Origin: a virus
Lineage: Duplodnaviria; Caudoviricetes
IMG/VR virus record: IMGVR_UViG_3300025357_000037
Coordinates: 1-31,725 of that record
DNA: 31,725 nt
Reading direction: 5' to 3' (one strand)
The notes beneath the pieces are model-generated. The model saw only the letters and a program-made list of their open reading frames with translations. It had not been told where the DNA came from and ran no database searches. Shown piece by piece: positions 1 through 8,205 of the stretch (positions within the stretch are counted from its first letter, which is position 1; every line of letters begins with the position of its first letter). The position numbers were made by a program, and so were the translations under genes.

Positions 1-1
1 G

Positions 2-622
2 TATAAGACACAGTTTATGCCGTCAAACCTCGGCCTTATTGAGTCGTTCCAGCAGACTAAAGAAATCTACGGCGCCAACGTGCTCAACACGGCAACGACG
101 TATAATGCTTCAGTCGGCGGCGACGGCCAGCCACTCTGCTCTCCTTCGCATCCGATTGACGGTGGCACAGTTTCTAATACGCCATCTGTTCAAGTCGACC
201 TTAACGAAGCTACGCTGCTCAACGGCATGATCTCTATCCGCACGAACTTCAAAGACCAAGCCGGTCTGAAGGTGTTTGCGCGTGGTCGTCGTCTCGTTGT
301 TCCGCCGCAGCTTGAGCCTGTTGCTATCCGTCTTACAAAGACTGAACTTCGCCCAGGCACGGCAGACAACGACGTCAATGCGATCATGATGACCGCGGGC
401 GGCTTGCCTGAAGGTTATTTCGTCAACGACTTCTTGACCTCGCCTTACGCTTGGTTCTTGCTGACGAACATTGACGGCTTGAGCTACATGGAGCGTGTTC
501 GTTTCGAGACCGACATGCAGGTAGATTTCGTTACAGACAACTTGCTTGTCAAAGGATACGAGCGGTATAGCTTCTCGTATTACAACTGGCGTGCAATTTG
601 GGGCTCGTTCCCAACGTCTTAA
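2..622 (+). CDS. Major capsid protein, C-terminal part (Mu gpT-like/HK97-fold family); 5' truncated by window edge
   Basis: Frame is open from base 2 (YKTQFMPSNLGL...). Motifs GGDGQPLCSPSHP, LVVPPQL, VNDFLTSPYAWFL and YERYSFSYYNWRAIWGS are typical of this capsid family. Confidence 0.85.
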   Translation, partial: YKTQFMPSNLGLIESFQQTKEIYGANVLNTATTYNASVGGDGQPLCSPSHPIDGGTVSNTPSVQVDLNEATLLNGMISIRTNFKDQAGLKVFARGRRLVVPPQLEPVAIRLTKTELRPGTADNDVNAIMMTAGGLPEGYFVNDFLTSPYAWFLLTNIDGLSYMERVRFETDMQVDFVTDNLLVKGYERYSFSYYNWRAIWGSFPTS

Positions 623-631
623 TCGGCAAAC

Positions 632-654
632 GAGGGGAGCCATTTGCTCCCCTC
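632..654 (+). promoter_or_regulatory. Stem-loop downstream of capsid gene (mRNA stabiliser or weak terminator)
   Basis: Perfect 9-bp stem GAGGGGAGC-cattt-GCTCCCCTC with no immediate U-tract. Confidence 0.55.
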
Positions 655-676
655 ACAACTTTGAAGGAGAGACCTC

Positions 677-1147
677 ATGGGTCAAACAAACTTCACTGGG
701 CCGGTTACATCGGGCGACCTACAGCAGGGCCAAACCAACGGTCCTAATATAGGTTTCGCAAGACTTGCTCAGTCAGTCGCACTTACGCAAAATGGCGCTA
801 CTGCCGTTTCTGCAACGCTATATATACCTGCTGGCTCTCAGATCGTGTCGTTTGACATTGACGTTCTGACTGCATTTAACTCTGGCACTTCTGCGACGTT
901 GTCTATCGGCACATCTGCCGCCGCGACAACTTATGTTAGCGGTGTTGACGTTAAAGCTGCCACGGGTCGTATTGCGCCGACATACACGGCGGCACAGCTT
1001 GCCGCTATGTCAAATCAAACAGTGCTTGGTGTTGCCGCTCCAACGGTTGCCCCCGTTGTTGTGACGATTACGCCTGTTGGAACCGCCGCTACTGCTGGTT
1101 ATGTTAATGTTAACGTTAACTATATCCAGCTAACGTCTTCTAACTAA
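677..1147 (+). CDS. Putative capsid-associated (decoration/cement-like) protein
   Basis: RBS AAGGAGA; beta-rich Ala/Thr/Val protein directly after the capsid gene. Function inferred from position. Confidence 0.55.
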   Translation: MGQTNFTGPVTSGDLQQGQTNGPNIGFARLAQSVALTQNGATAVSATLYIPAGSQIVSFDIDVLTAFNSGTSATLSIGTSAAATTYVSGVDVKAATGRIAPTYTAAQLAAMSNQTVLGVAAPTVAPVVVTITPVGTAATAGYVNVNVNYIQLTSSN

Positions 1148-1159
1148 TAGGAGCCCACG

Positions 1160-1372
1160 ATGGGTTACGTTGTTAAAGATCCAAAGGCCAAAGGCAATTT
1201 TGGCGCTGGTGAAACTGTCCGTCGTGCTGAAGAAGGCACCGACGGATTCAAAAAGGGCGGTAGCTGCATGAAGAAGGGTGGAAAGGCTAAAAAGCCTGCC
1301 CGCGCTTCTGGTGGTGGCGTTCTTTCTTCTGCCGCTAAGGGTGAGCCTCGCGGTAAAACTGCTCACTACTGA
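1160..1372 (+). CDS. Small basic protein with KKGG/ASGG motifs
   Basis: RBS AGGAG; 70 aa; FKKGG, MKKGG and RASGG motifs. Confidence 0.7.
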   Translation: MGYVVKDPKAKGNFGAGETVRRAEEGTDGFKKGGSCMKKGGKAKKPARASGGGVLSSAAKGEPRGKTAHY

Positions 1373-1378
1373 GAAATG

Positions 1379-1407
1379 AGCGGGGCGCAAGCCCCGCTTT
1401 CCTTCTC
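1379..1407 (+). terminator. Probable intrinsic terminator ending the capsid transcript
   Basis: AGCGGGGC-GCAA-GCCCCGCT (8-bp GC stem, GNRA loop) followed by the pyrimidine tract TTCCTTCTC. Confidence 0.65.
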
Positions 1408-1420
1408 TCAGGATTTTTTT

Positions 1421-1906
1421 ATGGCAAGATGTTATAAAATCCCAAATTGGGACGGGAAATGTGTCTCATGCGGAGAAAGCTCTAATGTCGTTTCTTTTGG
1501 GAAGGGCAAAGCTGGAACTTGCAACAAATGTTATAAAGCTGATTGGAGCAAGGATAATTCTTTAAAAATAAGATGCCAAAGACTTTATGGGAATGCTCAA
1601 AAACGAGCAAAAAAAATGGGATGGCCTGCTCCAGATTTTACATCGTCGTGGATAGAAAAAAAGATATTGAATGGAGTTTGCGAAGCAACCGGAATATCAT
1701 TTGACCTTGATACAAGAATTACGGATATACATGCGTCAAATCCTTGGGTTCCTTCAATAGACAGGATAGATAGTTCTTTGCCGTATATTAAATCTAATGT
1801 CCAAATAGTTGTTTATATGTATAATGTTTGTAAGGGAGAATTTACTCACGAAGATGTAATAAAATTTGCAAAAATGCTTTCAAGGGAGGAGAAAAATGTC
1901 ATTTAA
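1421..1906 (+). CDS. HNH-like (homing) endonuclease
   Basis: N-terminal CxxC pairs; PSIDRIDSSLPYIKSNVQIV...YNVCKG motif; AT-rich. Start moved to ATG 1421 (AGGA 7 nt upstream) because 1376 would read through the hairpin. Confidence 0.7.
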   Translation: MARCYKIPNWDGKCVSCGESSNVVSFGKGKAGTCNKCYKADWSKDNSLKIRCQRLYGNAQKRAKKMGWPAPDFTSSWIEKKILNGVCEATGISFDLDTRITDIHASNPWVPSIDRIDSSLPYIKSNVQIVVYMYNVCKGEFTHEDVIKFAKMLSREEKNVI

Positions 1907-2174
1907 AACTCCCGCTTGGTCTAGGTCTGCTGGACAGTCGAAATCTGGTGGCCTTAACGCCAAGGGTCGTGCATCCGCTAAGGCTGAAGGCCATAATTTA
2001 AAGCCGCCAGTTTCTAAAGAACAAGCATCTAAAAGTCCTAAAGCCGCTGAGCGTAGAGATAATTTTCGGGCCCGTATGTGCGGGATGAAAAAAAGATTAA
2101 CTTCTGCTAAAACGGCTCATGACCCTAATAGCAGAATAAATTTAGCTTTGAAAAAATGGGATGTTAAATGTTAG
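1896..2174 (+). CDS. Conserved basic phage protein (DUF6321-like)
   Basis: PAW...GGLNAKGRAS...NLKPP...FRARM...DPNSRINLALKKW pattern; RBS GGAGGAG before ATG 1896. Confidence 0.75.
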   Translation: MSFKTPAWSRSAGQSKSGGLNAKGRASAKAEGHNLKPPVSKEQASKSPKAAERRDNFRARMCGMKKRLTSAKTAHDPNSRINLALKKWDVKC

Positions 2175-2602
2175 CTTGCACGCGATGCAAGATTGAAAAG
2201 CCTGAGACGGCAAAATTCTTTCCTCTTCATAATAAGAAGAAGAATGGATTAGATAGCTGGTGCAGAGATTGCAGAAATTCTTATAGAAGCGGGATTAGGC
2301 GCGGTATTTATAGAGATATGATTGAAGACAAAGATTTAGCTTATTTAATTGAAACAACCCATAATTGCACAATATGCGGAGATATGTCTAACCTAGTAGT
2401 GGATCATGACCATAAAACAAATAAAATTAGAGGGATGCTTTGTAATAGATGCAATCAGGGATTGGGCCAATTTAAAGACGACCCTGAATTGTTAGAATAT
2501 GCTAAAATATATTTACTGGCTTCTAATGGGGATGCAGAAGCTGATTTATACATAGAGAAATATGGCAATGATTTTGTTTGTGAGGAAACATCAAATGTCT
2601 AA
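2168..2602 (+). CDS. Endonuclease VII-family HNH nuclease (probable homing endonuclease)
   Basis: CTICG...VVDHDHKTNKIRGMLCNRCNQGLGQFKDD signature plus an N-terminal CxxC...CxxC zinc finger. Confidence 0.88.
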   Translation: MLACTRCKIEKPETAKFFPLHNKKKNGLDSWCRDCRNSYRSGIRRGIYRDMIEDKDLAYLIETTHNCTICGDMSNLVVDHDHKTNKIRGMLCNRCNQGLGQFKDDPELLEYAKIYLLASNGDAEADLYIEKYGNDFVCEETSNV

Positions 2603-2768
2603 GCCATTTTGGGAAAAAGATGCACCTAAAGACGCAAAGCATAAGGCTTTAAACTCAAAAGGTGTTAAGATGGCCAAAGCAAGAGCTAGGGCCGCTGGTC
2701 GTCCTTATCCAAATTTAGTAGATAATGTCGCTGCAGCGCGTGCCGGACACACAAAAGGAAAACACTGA
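2595..2768 (+). CDS. Small basic conserved phage protein
   Basis: RBS GAGG before ATG 2595; AKARARAAGRPYPNLVDN motif; TGATG coupling to the next gene. Confidence 0.7.
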   Translation: MSKPFWEKDAPKDAKHKALNSKGVKMAKARARAAGRPYPNLVDNVAAARAGHTKGKH

Positions 2769-3115
2769 TGCGTCCTATTACAGTTACTGTTTCTGACGCC
2801 TCTGGCGGCGCTAAATCAAGTGACCTTATTCGTTTTGACGACTGGGCTCCCGCGCCCGTATCAATTCAAGTGAATGTTACAGGGACAGTCAATTATACGG
2901 TTCAGACGTCTATGGATGACCCCAATAGTGCGACAAATCCTGTCGCCTTGGCGTCAATGACGTGGCTGTCTTCTTCTGACACAAATGTCGTTGGTGCAAG
3001 CGCCTCAAAGTCTAGTTATTTTAACCAGGCTCCTGTATTTGCTCGCGTTTTATTAAACAGCGGAAACGGATCTGTAACGGCCACGTTCTTGCAACTGAGC
3101 AACGGCCCGATTTAA
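2768..3115 (+). CDS. Hypothetical virion structural protein
   Basis: 115 aa, beta-strand-rich, translationally coupled within the head module. Confidence 0.65.
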   Translation: MRPITVTVSDASGGAKSSDLIRFDDWAPAPVSIQVNVTGTVNYTVQTSMDDPNSATNPVALASMTWLSSSDTNVVGASASKSSYFNQAPVFARVLLNSGNGSVTATFLQLSNGPI

Positions 3116-3127
3116 TAAGGGGGCCCC

Positions 3128-3817
3128 GTGGCAACCAGCGGAACATATGCGTTCAACCCATCTCTGGGCGAGGTTGTCCCTTACGCTTATCAGCTGATTG
3201 GGATACGCCCTAGCGCGTTATTGCAAGAACACATGGAGGCGGCCCGCATGGCCACCAACATGATGTTTATGCGATGGTCAAACCAAGGCGTTAATCTTTG
3301 GGAAGTTCAGTTGGGCAGCATTGCGCTGGTTCAGGGACAGACGCAATATTCAATACCTTCTAGCTCAGTTGTTATTTTAGATGCTTATATTCGCGTCACG
3401 TCTGGCACGACAAATACTGACAGATTAATTCTACCAATTTCACGGTCTGAATATTCAAGCTATCCAAATAAGGCGCAACAGGGCTTTCCAACTGTATATT
3501 GGATGGACAGGTTATTAAGCCCAAGCGTATATTTATGGCCGGTGCCTGACGGCAATGAAACGTCTTTTAATTATTATTATATTAATCAAATACAGGATAC
3601 GAATTTAACTGGCGCTCAAACAATGGACATCCCATCCATTTGGCTTGAGGCTATGGTTTATGGCCTTTCTTATCGTCTTGCTCAAATATGGGCTCCAGAA
3701 AAGGCGGTAATGATTAAGCAGATGTCTGACGAGTCTTACGATATTGCGTCTCGTCAAAACGTCGAAGTTGCCCAACAATATATTTCCCCTACAATTGCTG
3801 GTTATTTTAACTCGTAA
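3128..3817 (+). CDS. Putative head-tail adaptor/connector protein
   Basis: GTG start; helical N-terminus, PISRSEY..YPNK..QGFPT, LWPVPD and IPSIWLEAMVYGLSYRLA are typical of adaptor-like proteins. Confidence 0.65.
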   Translation: MATSGTYAFNPSLGEVVPYAYQLIGIRPSALLQEHMEAARMATNMMFMRWSNQGVNLWEVQLGSIALVQGQTQYSIPSSSVVILDAYIRVTSGTTNTDRLILPISRSEYSSYPNKAQQGFPTVYWMDRLLSPSVYLWPVPDGNETSFNYYYINQIQDTNLTGAQTMDIPSIWLEAMVYGLSYRLAQIWAPEKAVMIKQMSDESYDIASRQNVEVAQQYISPTIAGYFNS

Positions 3818-3828
3818 GGAGGGGATAA

Positions 3829-4455
3829 TTGGCTTACGCATCAAAAGCCGGACGAGCCAGAGTATCCTCGCGTAACCCACAGGCGCAGGCCGTCTGTGAT
3901 CGATGTGGCATATGGACTAATCACACTAGGCTACAGTGGCAATATGACTGGCGTGGCGCGTCTTTAGCGAATATCCGTATTCTTGTGTGTGATGAGTGTT
4001 TAGATGAGCCACAACAACAGCTTCGCGCCATAGTTGTCCCGGCAGACCCTGTTCCAATTACGCAGCCGCGCACTGAGCCATATTTTAATGATGAAGTCGA
4101 TTACCGCATTACTCAAGGCAATACAATTGATCCAGTTACGGGCATTCCCGTTATAGGCGGCGCGACAAGAATTACTCAAAATAATAATTATCGCGTTACG
4201 CAGCAAACTGGTGAAGCGCCTAGTGGATTAAATCAGCTTCCAGGAACAGATTGGAACGCTCCAGCCGTAATTTATAATAATACGGAGATTGGCATACCTT
4301 ACGACAATACGTCTGTTCCATTTACCGGCCCGTTGTCTCCCCCATATAACTTTATTGTTCAGTGGAACAATCAGTGGTTCTTTGGTATAAGAACAGGATC
4401 ATATTGGACGAACAATGTTGGTGCGTTCGTTGATTGGTCTACAACGATTTTATAA
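3829..4455 (+). CDS. Zinc-finger-containing head completion/hypothetical protein
   Basis: TTG start after AAGGAGG; CDRCG...LVCDECLDEPQQQL...DPVPITQPR. Confidence 0.7.
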   Translation: MAYASKAGRARVSSRNPQAQAVCDRCGIWTNHTRLQWQYDWRGASLANIRILVCDECLDEPQQQLRAIVVPADPVPITQPRTEPYFNDEVDYRITQGNTIDPVTGIPVIGGATRITQNNNYRVTQQTGEAPSGLNQLPGTDWNAPAVIYNNTEIGIPYDNTSVPFTGPLSPPYNFIVQWNNQWFFGIRTGSYWTNNVGAFVDWSTTIL

Positions 4456-4464
4456 GAGGAAATA

Positions 4465-6093
4465 ATGGCCGTTCCTTATACTTTTGGAAATACGCCTGGC
4501 GGCCAAAGCATTCCTTTAACGGAATTAGATGCTAATTTTCAATATGTATTAGAACACTCTTCTGGTGGAGCAACGGGTCCAACGGGCCCAACTGGATCTT
4601 CAGGTCCTAGCGGTCCTACTGGGCCAAATGGTGCAGGAACTTACACTGAGTCAGCGTCCCCTCCAACGTCTCCTGCACCAATTAATGGTGACCGTTGGTT
4701 TAATACAAATACTGGTCTTGAATATACTTATATGACAGATAGCGCCGGGTCTCAGTGGATTGAGATTGGGACTATTTCAGCTATCGGCCCTACAGGTCCT
4801 ACAGGAGCGACCGGCCCATCTGGATCTGGTCCAACGGGACCAACGGGCGCCGCTTCTACTATTGCAGGTCCAACAGGACCGACAGGGCTAGCAGGCCCTA
4901 CGGGGGCTCCTTCTAACGTAACGGGCCCAACAGGCCCTACCGGCTCTACTGGTCCAACTGGAACAACGGGTCCCGCAGGTTCCGGCATTACATATAAGGG
5001 CAGCGTTGCTACTGTCGGTGCGTTGCCCGCAAGCGGCAATACTGTTGGCGATGCTTACATTGTTACGGCAAATTATCATCTATACATTTGGAATGGGTCT
5101 ACGTGGATAGATAACGGACCAGCGGTTACTGCTATTACAGGCCCAACGGGGCCAACTGGACCTACTGGGTCTACGGGTTCCACAGGACCAACTGGAGCTG
5201 CTTCTACTGTTGCCGGCCCGACAGGCGCAACAGGCCCAACTGGGGCTGCTTCTAGTGTTGCTGGTCCTACAGGTCCGACGGGCGCTACAGGCCCAACTGG
5301 GGCTGCATCTACTATTGCTGGTCCAACTGGTCCTACTGGAACTGGTCCAACTGGTCCAACTGGCGCCGGCCCAACGGGTCCAACGGGGGCCTCTGGCCCG
5401 ACAGGGACTGGCCCAACTGGTCCCACTGGAGCAGGCCCAACTGGCCCAACTGGCCCAACTGGTCCGACTGGTCCGACTGGCCCAACTGGCCCGACGGGAC
5501 CTACTGGAACCACATCAAATGGTCTAAAGGGAACAATTATTAACGTCGTCAGCGATACTAACTGGTCTTTCCAAACAAATGCTTTCCAGAATATGACCAA
5601 TACTGGAACTGCTTATTATATTGGGTCATCAAGTAATTCTTTTTATTACAGCAGCCCATATATTGGGTTTGGCGCTGGGTCTCAATATTGTCAGATAGAC
5701 TCATCAGGGAATCTAACGATTAGTGGTTCAACCGCCTATAAAACCGGTGGCGGCAGCTGGACGGCGACGTCAGATCAAAGAGTTAAAAAGAACATAAATA
5801 ATTATTCTCCATCATTGACGGATTTACTTAGTTTAAACCCAATCACCTATCAGTATAACGGTCTATACGGCTCTGTTTCTGACGGCAAAACATATACAGG
5901 ATTTATTGCTCAAAGCTTACTTGGGACGCCATTTGAAACAATGGTTGGGAAGACCCAGTATAAAGATCCTATATCTGGAGAGATAACGGAAATATACACC
6001 GTTGATGCGTCAGAGCTTGTATATGCTTTGATTAACTCAGTTAAAAAACTTTCTGAAAAGATTGACGCTTTAGAAGCTAAGCAAAATGCATAA
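4465..6093 (+). CDS. Collagen-like (Gly-Pro-Thr) tail fibre with C-terminal intramolecular chaperone (peptidase S74-type)
   Basis: Long GPT triplet runs; [10 protein letters not shown] autocleavage motif near 5767, GFIAQ and a terminal coiled coil. Confidence 0.88.
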   Translation: MAVPYTFGNTPGGQSIPLTELDANFQYVLEHSSGGATGPTGPTGSSGPSGPTGPNGAGTYTESASPPTSPAPINGDRWFNTNTGLEYTYMTDSAGSQWIEIGTISAIGPTGPTGATGPSGSGPTGPTGAASTIAGPTGPTGLAGPTGAPSNVTGPTGPTGSTGPTGTTGPAGSGITYKGSVATVGALPASGNTVGDAYIVTANYHLYIWNGSTWIDNGPAVTAITGPTGPTGPTGSTGSTGPTGAASTVAGPTGATGPTGAASSVAGPTGPTGATGPTGAASTIAGPTGPTGTGPTGPTGAGPTGPTGASGPTGTGPTGPTGAGPTGPTGPTGPTGPTGPTGPTGPTGTTSNGLKGTIINVVSDTNWSFQTNAFQNMTNTGTAYYIGSSSNSFYYSSPYIGFGAGSQYCQIDSSGNLTISGSTAYKTGGGSWTATSDQRVKKNINNYSPSLTDLLSLNPITYQYNGLYGSVSDGKTYTGFIAQSLLGTPFETMVGKTQYKDPISGEITEIYTVDASELVYALINSVKKLSEKIDALEAKQNA

Positions 6094-6110
6094 TAGGATT
6101 AGGGGAAGCT

Positions 6111-6488
6111 ATGGCCATTAATTTTCCTGCAAGCCCTACTGTTGGCCAAGTCTATACTTATTCTTCCCGTTCATGGCAGTGGAACGGGCAGGGGTGGCAG
6201 GCGTATCCTGGGCCCGCTTCTGTCGGTCCAACTGGCCCTACAGGCCCCGCGGGGACCACAGGCAATACAGCTGTTGATTCCCTAACAATTACAACAACTA
6301 ATGTTTTCCCTGCGCTAAGTCATTCTTATAACGGTTCTGGTCTTTTTCAGCTTATTGTAAATGGTCAAGTTTTTGTTTCGGCGGGATCTTCTCCAGCATT
6401 TTCCGTAAGTGGAACGATCATAACGTGGTTATCTACGGTATTCAGTGTAAATCCAGGCGACGTTGTATTCGCCATGTATAGTTATTGA
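6111..6488 (+). CDS. Small fibre-associated protein with short collagen segment
   Basis: MAINFPASPTVGQVY...WQWNG..W module followed by [10 protein letters not shown]. Confidence 0.7.
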   Translation: MAINFPASPTVGQVYTYSSRSWQWNGQGWQAYPGPASVGPTGPTGPAGTTGNTAVDSLTITTTNVFPALSHSYNGSGLFQLIVNGQVFVSAGSSPAFSVSGTIITWLSTVFSVNPGDVVFAMYSY

Positions 6489-6495
6489 GGGTGAC

Positions 6496-8142
6496 ATGCT
6501 AAAAATTCTAACTGCGATTGCCTCAATTCTTGTTTCAACGTCAGTTGTTGCAGCACCAAGCACAACTCAGATTGGAACATATAAAACATCAAATCCATAT
6601 CCCGTATCAATATTATTTAATAATACTTGGTATCCTATGGGAGCGATTAATACTTCTACAGGTGTTTTTGTCGGCGGTGTTGCAAATGGCGGGACTGGGC
6701 TAACTGCGGGAACATCTGGAGGTATTCCTTATTTTTCTTCCTCTAGCGCGATGGCTTCATCTGCTGCATTAACACAATATGGCGTTGTTTATGGCGGTGG
6801 CGCTGGTAATTCTCCTAATTCAACTGCTGCAGGAACAAACGGGAATATTTTAACCGCTACAACAGGTTCGCCTCCTGCTTTTGCTTCTGCGAGTAGCGTT
6901 TTTGATACAAATTTCTCTTCATCAAGAGGATCTATATTGTATCGAGGCGCTTCTGGATGGGCTGCGTTGGCTCCCGGAACATCTGGTCAAGTTCTTACAA
7001 CAAATGGCGCAGCTGCTGACCCTTCTTGGGCGGCAGGCGGCGGGTCTGCTTCTGCGGTTAGACCAGGTGGAAGATTAACTGTTGTCGCGGGTGTTCCTGT
7101 TATTCAAAACAATGGCTCTACCAGTTATGTAGGCCAATCAACACTGTATTATTCTCCATATAATGGCGCTTATGTTCCTATTTATGATGGAACAACAATG
7201 CAAAGCGTCCAATTTACATCAAGCCCATCAGACACAATCGGGTTGGCTCTTACTATAAATAGTAATTGGTATCCAAGGTCAGCCTATGATGTGTATGTTA
7301 CTATGAATAGCGGTTCTCCAGTTCTTTGCACCGTTCCTTGGTCAACTGTTAATCCTACTCCATTGGCAGGGACTGGATATTTTACAAACACATCCGGCGC
7401 AACCATTACGACAGTAACTAATTCTCCATCAGATGTTGGAACTCGGATACAGGGAATTTTAGTAAATTCCAGTTCTGACACATGCCGCATATCTGGCGGC
7501 TCTACCATAACAATGGGCGCATACAGGGGAACATATTTAGGTTCTTTTTATACGGATTATTCGACTTCTACCATTTCATGGAAGTGGGGCGGTTCTGCAT
7601 CTGGTGGTTCTGCCGCAGTTTTAAATGTGTGGAATTATTATAATAGAGTTTTAGTTGGCGCTTATCTATTTGATACCGGTGGCCCATACACGGTTACGGC
7701 TGTTCCCGGTTGTTTAGCTACCGGCTGTAAAGGTGTCGCCGCCCAATTTGCAAGAAATAGCTCTTCTAATCTTGTTCAACTTATGTATGGAAGAGCTGAA
7801 GATTCAATAACAGTTCTTTACCAACAAAATGTTAGTACAGTTTACGCAACTGGCACGTCTGCTGGTGTTGGGCCATACATAACTTCTGGATATTGTATAA
7901 ACACTTGGGATTATTATGCCGCCAATACTATGTTTGGGGTTGCATTAAATGGGTCTTCTATAACCGCGACTAATTGGGCTCCAATAATAAATGGATTGTC
8001 TGAGTCAACATTTACCTCGGTAGAAGCGCCTGGGTCTATTGGCCCGAAATATATTTATGCGTGTGAAAGCGGGGATGGGGTAAACGCCAACCAGGCCGGC
8101 GTGTATTATGGGTCCCAATTGGCTGTTTCTGTCCCAATGTAA
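6496..8142 (+). CDS. Fibre/spike-like Ser/Thr/Gly-rich protein with predicted N-terminal signal peptide
   Basis: RBS GAGGG before ATG 6496; MLKILTAIASILVSTSVVA-A; fibre-shaft motifs VANGGTG, GTNGNILT and GTSGQVLTTNG...PSW. Confidence 0.7.
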   Translation: MLKILTAIASILVSTSVVAAPSTTQIGTYKTSNPYPVSILFNNTWYPMGAINTSTGVFVGGVANGGTGLTAGTSGGIPYFSSSSAMASSAALTQYGVVYGGGAGNSPNSTAAGTNGNILTATTGSPPAFASASSVFDTNFSSSRGSILYRGASGWAALAPGTSGQVLTTNGAAADPSWAAGGGSASAVRPGGRLTVVAGVPVIQNNGSTSYVGQSTLYYSPYNGAYVPIYDGTTMQSVQFTSSPSDTIGLALTINSNWYPRSAYDVYVTMNSGSPVLCTVPWSTVNPTPLAGTGYFTNTSGATITTVTNSPSDVGTRIQGILVNSSSDTCRISGGSTITMGAYRGTYLGSFYTDYSTSTISWKWGGSASGGSAAVLNVWNYYNRVLVGAYLFDTGGPYTVTAVPGCLATGCKGVAAQFARNSSSNLVQLMYGRAEDSITVLYQQNVSTVYATGTSAGVGPYITSGYCINTWDYYAANTMFGVALNGSSITATNWAPIINGLSESTFTSVEAPGSIGPKYIYACESGDGVNANQAGVYYGSQLAVSVPM

Positions 8143-8205
8143 ATAAAAGCAAGTAGCGGTTTGCTATTGGTTCCGCTACAATGGCGCGAGTTTTAAGGAC
8201 GTAGA

